Shown in pieces: positions 18,728 through 27,837 of a DNA stretch of 64,000 bases. A program made the translations under genes and the position numbers. The DNA is from an uncultured Gammaproteobacteria bacterium (GTDB taxonomy: Bacteria; Pseudomonadota; Gammaproteobacteria; Pseudomonadales; Azotimanducaceae): positions 33,241-97,240 of the forward strand of contig CAJXDK010000002.1 in the NCBI GenBank assembly GCA_913052265.1, written 5' to 3'. The notes below the pieces were generated by a model that had not been told where the DNA came from, searched no databases, and worked only from the letters and a program-made list of their open reading frames with translations. Within the stretch, counting starts at the first letter, position 1. The number at the start of each line of letters is the position of its first letter.

Positions 18728-21298
18728 ATGGAGACATTTACCCACAGAGTTGAAGTTGCATTGAATGATGCACAGCAGTCGGCCCAGTCGCTGCAGCATC
18801 CAGAACTGAGACCAGTTCATGTGCTTGCGGCGTTTTTTAACATGCAGGAATCGCTTGCGGTGGATGTTGCTAATCAACTTGGCGTGCTGCCCGAGGTTCG
18901 TGAGCGACTTAAGTGCGCGGTCGCGGACCTGCCTACATTGAGGCATTCGGCAAGCGAGCTGCGCATCGGCAACGACTTAGCACAAGTGCTTGCGACTGCG
19001 CGAACAATGAGTGAAACGGCGGGCGATCGATTTGTGCCTGAAGAATGGGTTTTGTTAGCGCTGGTTGAGGAGCCAGCGCTGAGGCAGTTGCTGAAGCCGT
19101 TTGGTATTTCCCCTGAGCCGGTTAGAGCCGCCGCGAATACTCATCGTCAAGGAAAAAACGTGTTAGAAAAAAACGAAGAAGATCAACGTTTGGCGTTAGA
19201 AAAATACACCATCGATCTCACCGCGCGAGCCTTGGAAGGTAAGCTCGATCCGGTGATCGGCCGCGATGAGGAAATTCGACGTACGGTGCAGGTGTTGCAG
19301 CGACGGACTAAGAATAATCCGGTTCTTATCGGTGAGCCCGGCGTGGGGAAGACTGCAATCGTCGAGGGTTTGGCGCAACGGATCATTAACGGTGAAGTTG
19401 CCGAATCCTTGAAGGACAAGAAAGTATTGTCGCTGGATATGGGGGCTTTGATTGCTGGCGCGAAGTATCGGGGCGAATTTGAGGAGCGCCTCAAGGCCGT
19501 GCTGAATGATCTCAGTAAACAAGAAGGTCGAGTTATTTTGTTTATCGATGAATTACATACCATGGTTGGCGCGGGTAAAGCCGAGGGTGCCATGGATGCT
19601 GGCAATATGCTGAAGCCGGCTCTGGCGCGAGGTGATCTGCATTGTGTGGGTGCGACAACTCTGGATGAGTACCGTACTTATATAGAAAAAGACGCCGCTT
19701 TGGAGCGGCGCTTCCAGAAGGTGCAAGTTGACCAACCAGATCTGCAGAGCACCGTTGCCATTCTTCGTGGTCTTAAGGAGCGCTACGAAGTCCATCACGG
19801 CGTAAATATTACGGATCCTGCGATTGTCGCGGCGGCCACGCTGTCGCATCGCTACATAACGGATCGACAGTTACCCGACAAGGCGATCGACCTTATTGAC
19901 GAGGCTGCGAGTCGTATTCGTCTGGAAATAGATTCCAAGCCCGAGAGCATGGACTCGCTCGAGCGGCGTCTAATGCAGATCCGCATGGAAATTGAGGCGC
20001 TAAAGAAAGAACAGGATGAAGCCAGTCGAGCGCGTCTTGTGGAATTGCAAAACACCGCCACCGAGCTGGAGCAAGATTACAGTCGGCTCGATGAAGTGCT
20101 GCAACGGGAAAAGGCCTCGTTAAAGGGCGCTCAGAGCACTAAAGAAGCGCTGGAGTCCGCGCGTCGCGAGTTCACCGCTGCGCGAAGGGAGGGCGATTTA
20201 ACGCGGATGTCGGAGTTGCAGTACGGTGTTATTCCAGATTTGGAAAAACAGATCGCCGATGCACCGGAATCCACTGCAGGTAATCAGTTGCTGCGGGACA
20301 GGGTCACAGAGGAAGAAATAGCTGAGGTGGTTGCTAAGTGGACCGGTATTCCGGTCGCCCGGCTAATGTCTGCAGAAAAACAGCGTTTGCTGCAGTTGGA
20401 GGATGAGTTGTCGAAACGCGTTGTTGGTCAACAACAGGGCATTGAGGCGGTAAGCCAAGCGGTACGCAGAGCCCGTGCGGGACTCGCAGAGCGAGATCGT
20501 CCAAATGGCTCGTTTATGTTTCTTGGGCCTACGGGTGTCGGTAAAACCGAGCTTTGTAAAGCATTAGCTGAGGTGCTGTTCGACAGCGCTGACGCACTAT
20601 TGCGCATCGATATGTCCGAGTTTATGGAGAAGCATTCCGTTGCTCGGCTTATTGGTGCACCTCCGGGTTATGTTGGCTATGAAGAAGGAGGCTATCTGAC
20701 CGAGGCCGTGCGGCGAAAGCCTTACTCACTGATCCTGTTAGACGAGATCGAGAAAGCGCATTCCGATGTGTTCAATATTTTGCTACAGGTGCTAGATGAC
20801 GGTCGTTTAACCGACGGGCATGGCAGAACCGTCGACTTCACTAATTGTGTTCTTGTTATGACCTCTAACCTTGGTTCAGAAGCCATTCAGGCTCTCAGCG
20901 AAAATGGTAACGAGGCGCGCATAGACAGTACGGTTATGGGGATTGTTGCTCAGCACTTTCGCCCCGAGTTCATCAATCGAATCGACGATGTTGTAGTCTT
21001 CAAGCCCTTGGGTGAAGAGCAAATTGGGCAAATCGCGCAACTTCAGCTTGATGCACTGAATCGGCGCTTAGCCGAACAGGATTTGCAGCTGACGCTTAGC
21101 GAGGACGGGTTCAAGTCCGTAGCAGCAGCAGGATACGATGTCGTCTATGGCGCTCGGCCTTTGAAAAGAGCGATACAGCGTTTGGTGGAAAATCCACTGG
21201 CTAATCAGATCTTGACCGGAACGTTTGCCCCCGGGGCAAAAATTCTTGGTGAATGGCAGGGCGAGGGGCTAAATTTCAGCGAAATAGAGGCAGAATAA
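18728..21298 (+). CDS. clpB: ATP-dependent disaggregase ClpB
   Basis: [15 protein letters not shown], Walker A motifs GEPGVGKT and GPTGVGKT, coiled-coil M domain, [20 protein letters not shown]. Confidence 0.97.
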   Translation: METFTHRVEVALNDAQQSAQSLQHPELRPVHVLAAFFNMQESLAVDVANQLGVLPEVRERLKCAVADLPTLRHSASELRIGNDLAQVLATARTMSETAGDRFVPEEWVLLALVEEPALRQLLKPFGISPEPVRAAANTHRQGKNVLEKNEEDQRLALEKYTIDLTARALEGKLDPVIGRDEEIRRTVQVLQRRTKNNPVLIGEPGVGKTAIVEGLAQRIINGEVAESLKDKKVLSLDMGALIAGAKYRGEFEERLKAVLNDLSKQEGRVILFIDELHTMVGAGKAEGAMDAGNMLKPALARGDLHCVGATTLDEYRTYIEKDAALERRFQKVQVDQPDLQSTVAILRGLKERYEVHHGVNITDPAIVAAATLSHRYITDRQLPDKAIDLIDEAASRIRLEIDSKPESMDSLERRLMQIRMEIEALKKEQDEASRARLVELQNTATELEQDYSRLDEVLQREKASLKGAQSTKEALESARREFTAARREGDLTRMSELQYGVIPDLEKQIADAPESTAGNQLLRDRVTEEEIAEVVAKWTGIPVARLMSAEKQRLLQLEDELSKRVVGQQQGIEAVSQAVRRARAGLAERDRPNGSFMFLGPTGVGKTELCKALAEVLFDSADALLRIDMSEFMEKHSVARLIGAPPGYVGYEEGGYLTEAVRRKPYSLILLDEIEKAHSDVFNILLQVLDDGRLTDGHGRTVDFTNCVLVMTSNLGSEAIQALSENGNEARIDSTVMGIVAQHFRPEFINRIDDVVVFKPLGEEQIGQIAQLQLDALNRRLAEQDLQLTLSEDGFKSVAAAGYDVVYGARPLKRAIQRLVENPLANQILTGTFAPGAKILGEWQGEGLNFSEIEAE

Positions 21299-21300
21299 AA

Positions 21301-21320
21301 TATTGTATAAATATACAGTA
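21301..21320. promoter_or_regulatory. LexA (SOS) box-like palindrome overlapping a putative sigma70 promoter
   Basis: TATTGTATAAATATACAGTA matches 18/20 of TACTGTATATATATACAGTA. TTGTAT(21303)-N16-TAGACT(21325) overlaps it. Confidence 0.55.
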
Positions 21321-21337
21321 GCAGTAGACTGGTAACC

Positions 21338-21844
21338 GTGGAAATGCATAACCCAATACAGCAAGACTGGCTCCTAGAGTACAGAGTGGATAACTGTTGT
21401 GATGTCGAAAAAATCCAACTGCCCGCCAACGCGTCTGAGTCACAGACCCCGCTTGGCATCACGCTGCCTCTCTTTATCGAGTCGCATCAAACAGATAGCC
21501 CGGTGGTGAAGGGTGTCGATCGAAAGCAGCTGCAGCAGCTTCGAGGTCCCGCGGTAGCGGCTACACGCCCCCGCAAGGGCGCCAGCTTGGAGTCGTCGCA
21601 AGGCGGCGACACGTCGCGCAGCAAAGGCGAGCGTGGAGGGTTGTCAGGGTCCGCGGACCCAGTGCGTGAACACCTTGATTCCGCGATGCACTTGGCTGAA
21701 TCGTTGCGAGGGCCGGCAAAAAAATGCTCATATCGACAGAGGAAAACTACTGGGGTGTTGATCTGTCAGCACTTGTTGGCCGCGTTAAAGTTGGCAGACC
21801 ATGACGGTGATGATGCAAACAGTCAGCCGATACCCGGCGGTTAA
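21338..21844 (+). CDS. Hypothetical protein (orphan, largely low complexity)
   Basis: 168-codon ORF filling the clpB-galU gap behind a plausible promoter. No family recognised and no clear RBS. Confidence 0.45.
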   Translation: MEMHNPIQQDWLLEYRVDNCCDVEKIQLPANASESQTPLGITLPLFIESHQTDSPVVKGVDRKQLQQLRGPAVAATRPRKGASLESSQGGDTSRSKGERGGLSGSADPVREHLDSAMHLAESLRGPAKKCSYRQRKTTGVLICQHLLAALKLADHDGDDANSQPIPGG

Positions 21845-21907
21845 GTATCACACCTCGCGCTGCATTCCAGCTAACATAACCCTTCCTCAAACAAAGGCAG
21901 AGTTAAT

Positions 21908-22735
21908 GTGCTGAAAAAATGTCTATTCCCGGTAGCTGGGTACGGCACGCGGTTTCTGCCCGCAACCAAAGCTATGCCGAAAGAAATGCTGCCGATATTG
22001 GACAAGCCGTTGATCCAGTATGGGGTGGAGGAGGCGGCCGACGCTGGATTAAAAAACATTTGTTTTGTTACAGGACGAGGCAAGCGCGCGATCGAGGATC
22101 ATTTCGACGTTAATGTAGAGCTAGAAAGTTCTATTGCTGGAAGCGGCAAAGAGGCAGCTCTTGAAGGCATACGCGAACTGATTGAACAGTGTTCGTTTTC
22201 GTATACTCGACAACGCCAGATGCTGGGCTTGGGGCATGCGATTCTAACGGGACGACGAATCATCGGGGATGAGCCTTTCGGCGTTATTTTGGCGGACGAT
22301 CTGTGCCTAACGCCGGCAACCGAACCCGGTGTGATGGCGCAAATGTCAGCGCTTTATGAGCAGCATCGATGCAGTATTATTGCCATCGAGGAAGTCCCTG
22401 TCGATCAGGTGGACCGTTATGGGGTGATCGCCGGAGACGCGGTAGATAAAGATCTGTTAAAGGTTAAGGATATGGTGGAAAAACCAGCCCGTGACCAAGC
22501 GCCGAGTAATTTAGCCATCATCGGGCGCTACGTCCTGACCCCCGACATTTTCGACATTCTCGAAAACATTCCCGCCGGGCGTAATGGCGAAATTCAAATC
22601 ACCGATGCCCTATTGCAGCAGGCCCAACAGGGTGAGGTCATTGCTTATAAATTTAGGGGCCGTCGTATTGACTGCGGAACCGTTGACGGATTCGTGGAAG
22701 CCACCAATTACTGTTTCGAACAACTAGGCAGGTAA
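21908..22735 (+). CDS. galU: UTP-glucose-1-phosphate uridylyltransferase
   Basis: KCLFPVAGYGTRFLPATKAMPKEMLP, GLGHAI, VEKP, GEIQITDA. Confidence 0.96.
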   Translation: MLKKCLFPVAGYGTRFLPATKAMPKEMLPILDKPLIQYGVEEAADAGLKNICFVTGRGKRAIEDHFDVNVELESSIAGSGKEAALEGIRELIEQCSFSYTRQRQMLGLGHAILTGRRIIGDEPFGVILADDLCLTPATEPGVMAQMSALYEQHRCSIIAIEEVPVDQVDRYGVIAGDAVDKDLLKVKDMVEKPARDQAPSNLAIIGRYVLTPDIFDILENIPAGRNGEIQITDALLQQAQQGEVIAYKFRGRRIDCGTVDGFVEATNYCFEQLGR

Positions 22736-22738
22736 TAG

Positions 22739-23911
22739 ATGTCCATGGAATTCGCTCTTGGTCAGGCCGCTGCGCGTCCTAATGCCCCGATGAGCTTGGC
22801 CCAGCCCATTGGCTTGGAGGCTTTGCCCACACCTGCACTGGTGTTAGAGCGTGGGGCTATGGAGCGCAATATGCGCAAAATGGCCGATCATCTTCAGCGT
22901 TCAGACAAAGGTTTTCGTCCCCACAGCAAGACGCATAAGTGCCCTACGATTGCCGCCTTACAAATGGATATGGGCGCTGCCGGTGTATGTGCAGCGAAAA
23001 TCAGTGAAGCGGCGATTATGTTGGCCGCAGGAATTCCATCTGTGCTGATCACGTCGCCGATTGCCACTTTCGCAAAGGCGCGAGCGCTGAATGCTCTGCT
23101 CGCACAATACCCCGAGCATCAACTGCTTATGGTGATCGACTCCGATCAGGGATTGGCGGCACTGCAAAACGCTTTGGATGCAGAGAGTCGGCTGGGGCTG
23201 CTGGTTGACATAGACCTCAAAATGGGCAGAACCGGAACCCGGGAGGTCGAGACCATGCTGCGCCTGATTGACGCCATAGCAACTGATGATCGATTCGACT
23301 TTCGTGGTATTCAGCACTATGCCGGTCATCTGATGCACATAGAGGACTATGCAAAGCGGCGCGACAAGTCTCTTGCTTCTTGGGCACGACTAGATGAATT
23401 TTTCGCGGCCTTGGAGGAGCGTGGTATCCCTTGCGATATTGTCACCGGCGGAGGCACAGGCACCTACGATGTCGATGTTGCGGTGGAGCGGCTAACCGAT
23501 GTGCAGGTGGGCAGCTATATTTTTATGGATGAAGAGTATCGGGCTTTAGCGAGCGCGCGAGATAGCCGTTTCGAAGATTTTGAGCTCGCTCTGACCGTTG
23601 CCTGCAGTACCATTAGTCAGCCTCAATCAAAAACAATCACCGTAGACGGAGGCTACAAGGCATTTGCCTCCGACTCGGTAAATCCTGTTTGTGATGATTT
23701 GCCAGGCGTTGAGTATCGTTTTGCTGGTGACGAGCATGGCGTACTGCTGCTGGCTGACGGGCAACAAGAAGTGCAGCTCGGTCAGGTTTTAAGGTTCGCG
23801 GCACCGCACTGTGACCCGACCGTTAATTTGCACGACTACTATTGGGTGTTAGAAGAGGATGGTTTGGTGCACAGCGTGTGGCCGATCAGCGCGCGAGGGT
23901 GCAGTTGGTAG
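22739..23911 (+). CDS. DSD1-family PLP enzyme (D-serine dehydratase / D-threonine aldolase-like, alanine racemase fold)
   Basis: LPTPALV, RPHSKTHK PLP lysine, GGGTGTY, QVGSY.FMD, GDEHG, HCDPTVNLHD. Confidence 0.85.
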   Translation: MSMEFALGQAAARPNAPMSLAQPIGLEALPTPALVLERGAMERNMRKMADHLQRSDKGFRPHSKTHKCPTIAALQMDMGAAGVCAAKISEAAIMLAAGIPSVLITSPIATFAKARALNALLAQYPEHQLLMVIDSDQGLAALQNALDAESRLGLLVDIDLKMGRTGTREVETMLRLIDAIATDDRFDFRGIQHYAGHLMHIEDYAKRRDKSLASWARLDEFFAALEERGIPCDIVTGGGTGTYDVDVAVERLTDVQVGSYIFMDEEYRALASARDSRFEDFELALTVACSTISQPQSKTITVDGGYKAFASDSVNPVCDDLPGVEYRFAGDEHGVLLLADGQQEVQLGQVLRFAAPHCDPTVNLHDYYWVLEEDGLVHSVWPISARGCSW

Positions 23912-23939
23912 CCATCCTCATAAGGTGCCGAGGGTTGTC

Positions 23940-24539
23940 GTGATTGATCTCATAGTAGCGGGCGGATGGTTAATGCTGCCGATTCTAAGCTGTAGTGTTG
24001 TTGCTGCTGCAATTTGTTTAGAGCGTTACTGGTCGTTGCGAGAGGAGCTGGTTATGCCGCCCGAACTGCTGGCGTTGACGTTGCCGCAGTTGCAGCAGCT
24101 GCTGGAGGATTCGGCTTCTCGGGAACAGCTGCTACAGCACTCTCCGCTGGGTGCCGTGTTGGCAGTTTTAGGGCAGGCGGATGCAGCAGAAATGGAAGGC
24201 GCTCGAGAGGCGGCGCTGACCAGTGTTGCCCATGATCTTGAAACGTATCTCACGGCTTTGGGGATAATCGCTTTGATCAGTCCGCTATTGGGCATTTTGG
24301 GTACCGTTGTAGGTATGATCGACGTCTTCACCTCTGTGGTGTCAGCGTCCGGCGAGACCGCAGCGCTCGCCGGCGGCATTTCTACCGCTCTGGTGACTAC
24401 GGCCGCTGGTCTATCAATTGCGATCCCAACGTTGGTTGCTCATCGATTGTTGTTGCGCAAAGTAGACTCGTTGTTGGTGATGCTGGATGAGGCGAGTCAG
24501 CGCTGGCGGGTGCGGCTGTGCGCGGAGCTCCAGGGCTGA
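23940..24539 (+). CDS. exbB: MotA/TolQ/ExbB proton channel protein
   Basis: GGWLMLPI, SPLLGILGTVVGMI, GGISTALVTTAAGL. GTG 23940 follows a GAGGG RBS. Confidence 0.85.
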   Translation: MIDLIVAGGWLMLPILSCSVVAAAICLERYWSLREELVMPPELLALTLPQLQQLLEDSASREQLLQHSPLGAVLAVLGQADAAEMEGAREAALTSVAHDLETYLTALGIIALISPLLGILGTVVGMIDVFTSVVSASGETAALAGGISTALVTTAAGLSIAIPTLVAHRLLLRKVDSLLVMLDEASQRWRVRLCAELQG

Positions 24540-24961
24540 TGGCTATGGTGAGGAGGCGCCGTCGTCATGAATCAGCGTTAGAGCTAACGCCCTTGCTCGA
24601 TGTGATTTTTTTGCTGTTAATTTTTTTTATGGTGTCGACTTCGTTCGTTGTAAACCGGGAAATCCCTATCCAACTTCCGCAGTCGAGTAGCGCCAGTATA
24701 GATGCCAGCAATGACCGATTAATCATGGCGATAGATGCTGCTGGGAATTTCTCGCTTGATGGCGAGAAAGTGAGTGACGTAGAAATAGCTGAGCTCGCTG
24801 AAGCCCTCAAGCGCAAACTAGACCAAGCCGCAGCCGAAAAAGCTTCGATTCGGTTAGACGTCGATGAGGCCACGGATTATCGATTCGTAATCAAAGCAAT
24901 GGATATCTGCCGTCAGGTAGGTATCAGCGACGTGCGCTTGAATACTCTTAGCAAAGATTGA
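24539..24961 (+). CDS. exbD: ExbD/TolR biopolymer transport protein
   Basis: LTPLLDVIFLLLIFFMVSTSF with the conserved Asp. TGATG overlap with exbB. Confidence 0.88.
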   Translation: MAMVRRRRRHESALELTPLLDVIFLLLIFFMVSTSFVVNREIPIQLPQSSSASIDASNDRLIMAIDAAGNFSLDGEKVSDVEIAELAEALKRKLDQAAAEKASIRLDVDEATDYRFVIKAMDICRQVGISDVRLNTLSKD

Positions 24962-24971
24962 ATAAGTAGTA

Positions 24972-27833
24972 ATGGCCAATTCTTCCGATTGGGATACATA
25001 CAAGCGTTTGCTGAGTTATTTGGCACCTTATTGGTTTTTGTTTGCGATTTCCGTGGTTGGATTTTTGTTGGCGGCTGGCGCAGAGGGATATTTTGTTCGG
25101 TTGTTCGGCAATTTAATTGATGAATGGGACAATGAAGCAGCCAGAGCCGCCGCTACGATCCCATTAATGATGGCGGCGGCGGCAGGGCTGCGCGCGGTAG
25201 GTACCGTGATTGGAGAAAGCGTAATGGCTAAGGTCTCCTTCAATATGGTGTTCAACCTACGGCAGCAACTCTTCGACCAGTTAATGCGTTTACCGAATAA
25301 CTATTTCGACGCGAATGCACAGGGCCATATCGTTTCGCGCATTACTTTTACCGTCACTCAACTTCGCGACACAAGCACTGACGCAATTCGTGCGGTGGTT
25401 CAAGATGGCCTCAAAGTTATTGTGATCGTTGGCTTTATGTTGGCGCTGAATTGGCGCTTAACTCTTATCTTTATTGCCTCAGCGCCGCTTTTGGCGCTGG
25501 TTGTGGTGTTTGCCAGTGGCCGATTTCGCCGTATTGCCAAGCGCATTCAAAATTCAATGGGTGACGTCACCCATGTCGTCTCCGAGGCCGTAAACGGCTT
25601 TAAGGTCGTCAAGACCTTTGGCGGTGAGCGTTACGAACAGGGCCGCTTCGATCGGGCGAGTAAAGTTAATCGTCAGCAGAATTTAAAGATGGCGATGACG
25701 CGCGTTTTCAGCTCTCAGTTGAATGAAACGATTATAGCTGTGGCATTGTGCTCGTTGATTTTGCTGCTCTATAGACCAGATGTGGGCGGTTCGTTGAGCG
25801 GTGGCGAAGCCGTGATGTTCCTGAGTTGGGCGGGCATGCTAGGCCGGCCGATTCGAAAACTTTCGGAAATTAACGCAAAGCTGCAGCGCGGTATTGCGGC
25901 AGCTGAGGATGTCTTTGCACAACTTGATGCGGGGGTGGAGTGCGACAGCGGATCGCAGACGATTGCCCGAGCTGACGGCAGGTTGCATATCGAAAACGTA
26001 AGCTTCCGCTATCAAGACGACGGCCCCGATGTATTGCGAGAGATTAATTTAGACATTGCGGCGGGGCAGAAGGTGGCACTCGTCGGACGTTCGGGCAGTG
26101 GCAAGTCTACCTTGGCCAGTTTGTTGCCTCGCTTCTACGACGTGCATAGAGGTTCTATAAGTCTTGACGGCTGCAATATAAACGATCTGCAGCTCGCCTG
26201 TTTGCGACAGCAGATTGCTTTGGTTACCCAGCAAGTAACGCTTTTTAACGACACGCTTCGCAACAATATCGCTTATGGGGATTTGGCCGGTGTGGATGAG
26301 GCCGATCTTTTGCTGGCCATCCAACGCGCCCATGCGGATGAATTTATAGCGGCTTTGCCTCAAGGGTTAGACACCATGGTTGGTGACGATGGCGTATTGC
26401 TGTCGGGAGGGCAGCGCCAAAGAATCGCCATTGCCAGAGCCTTGTTGAAAGATGCGCCGGTGCTGATTATGGATGAAGCCACCTCTGCACTCGATAATGA
26501 ATCAGAGAAGCATATACAAGCCGCGTTGGTAGAGGTGATGCAGGGCCGCACGACATTGGTGATCGCCCACCGACTCTCAACGATCGAGTCGGCGGATAGG
26601 ATTGTGGTGCTTGAACGTGGCCGAATCGTGGAAGAGGGTACGCATCAGCAGCTGCTCGATTCGGGCGCGCAGTACGCGAGTCTTCACGCTGCCCAATTTC
26701 AAGAAACGCCAGAAGAAAATCAGGCATTAGACCCTGAGATAGAAACGGCAGCGCCAGCATCTAGATCTCAGGGGATGCCGTTTATGGGCGATTACGCAAC
26801 ACGTTCCGCGTCCGTCTTAACCGCTGCCTGGTACAGCGGCGCGCGCTGGCCCCTAGTGCTGCTGCCTTTGTCCTGGCTGTATGGTGTTGTCGCCGATCGC
26901 GTCAAGAGGTCGCAACAGCGGCGCGCTGCATCTACTGGCCGTGCTGCAGCACCCGTCATTGTTGTAGGCAACATAACCGCAGGAGGCACCGGCAAAACAC
27001 CGATGGTTATCTGGCTTGTTGAGCAGTTAAAGCAACGAGGCTTTATCCCTGGGGTCGCTATGCGCGGGTACAGGGGTAAAGCGAGTCGGACAGGTTCGTT
27101 GGTGCCTGTCGATGGTGGCGCGGCGACCTATGGTGATGAGGCGGTACTGATGCGCCGCCGGCTCCTATGTCCGGTAGCGGTGGCTGCAGATCGACCTAAG
27201 GCGGTGGCGATGCTCATCCAAGATGGCTGCGATGTGGTTGTGAGTGATGACGGTTTGCAGCATTACGCTATGGAGCGAGATATTGAAATTGCGGTCGTAG
27301 ACGGCGCTCGTGGTCTCGGTAATGGTCGTCTATTACCTGCTGGTCCATTAAGAGAGTCTCGGTTACGGCTCGACAGCGTTGATTGGGTTGTCAGTAATGG
27401 ATGCGCAAGTAGTCTGCGAGATAATGAAATCGTAATGCAAGCTCGAGCTCTCGACTTCGTCAATCTAAGCAACAATACGCGGCTTTCGATCGACGAGTTT
27501 GTGCGTGAGCATAGATTAGTGCACGCACTTTGTGGCATTGGTAATCCAAATCGGTTCTTAGAGACGTTACAAGCGCTCGGAGTGTCTGCGGACTTACACG
27601 AATACGCCGATCATCACGACTACTCCGGCTCAGAAGTAATGTTTTCAGACGGTCTGCCAGTGGTTTGTACAGAAAAAGATGCAGTGAAATTGCGCGAACT
27701 TGACCAAGACTTAAGCCATGTGTGGGCATTGCGGATTGAAATAAGTTTCACCAAGGACATCGGTATGACGCTGGACGCGCTGTTGTCCGACAAAGGGATT
27801 GCGCCACGAAAGTTAAGGGCCGAGGAGCGCTAG
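24972..27833 (+). CDS. msbA-lpxK: Fusion of lipid A flippase MsbA (aa ~1-577) and tetraacyldisaccharide 4'-kinase LpxK (aa ~614-953)
   Basis: MsbA: TMD, GRSGSGKST, LSGGQRQR, MDEATSALD. LpxK: AAWY, VIVVGNITAGGTGKTP, SDDGLQHY, LLPAGPLRE, TEKDAVK. No in-frame stop between them. Confidence 0.9.
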   Translation: MANSSDWDTYKRLLSYLAPYWFLFAISVVGFLLAAGAEGYFVRLFGNLIDEWDNEAARAAATIPLMMAAAAGLRAVGTVIGESVMAKVSFNMVFNLRQQLFDQLMRLPNNYFDANAQGHIVSRITFTVTQLRDTSTDAIRAVVQDGLKVIVIVGFMLALNWRLTLIFIASAPLLALVVVFASGRFRRIAKRIQNSMGDVTHVVSEAVNGFKVVKTFGGERYEQGRFDRASKVNRQQNLKMAMTRVFSSQLNETIIAVALCSLILLLYRPDVGGSLSGGEAVMFLSWAGMLGRPIRKLSEINAKLQRGIAAAEDVFAQLDAGVECDSGSQTIARADGRLHIENVSFRYQDDGPDVLREINLDIAAGQKVALVGRSGSGKSTLASLLPRFYDVHRGSISLDGCNINDLQLACLRQQIALVTQQVTLFNDTLRNNIAYGDLAGVDEADLLLAIQRAHADEFIAALPQGLDTMVGDDGVLLSGGQRQRIAIARALLKDAPVLIMDEATSALDNESEKHIQAALVEVMQGRTTLVIAHRLSTIESADRIVVLERGRIVEEGTHQQLLDSGAQYASLHAAQFQETPEENQALDPEIETAAPASRSQGMPFMGDYATRSASVLTAAWYSGARWPLVLLPLSWLYGVVADRVKRSQQRRAASTGRAAAPVIVVGNITAGGTGKTPMVIWLVEQLKQRGFIPGVAMRGYRGKASRTGSLVPVDGGAATYGDEAVLMRRRLLCPVAVAADRPKAVAMLIQDGCDVVVSDDGLQHYAMERDIEIAVVDGARGLGNGRLLPAGPLRESRLRLDSVDWVVSNGCASSLRDNEIVMQARALDFVNLSNNTRLSIDEFVREHRLVHALCGIGNPNRFLETLQALGVSADLHEYADHHDYSGSEVMFSDGLPVVCTEKDAVKLRELDQDLSHVWALRIEISFTKDIGMTLDALLSDKGIAPRKLRAEER

Positions 27834-27837
27834 TCGT

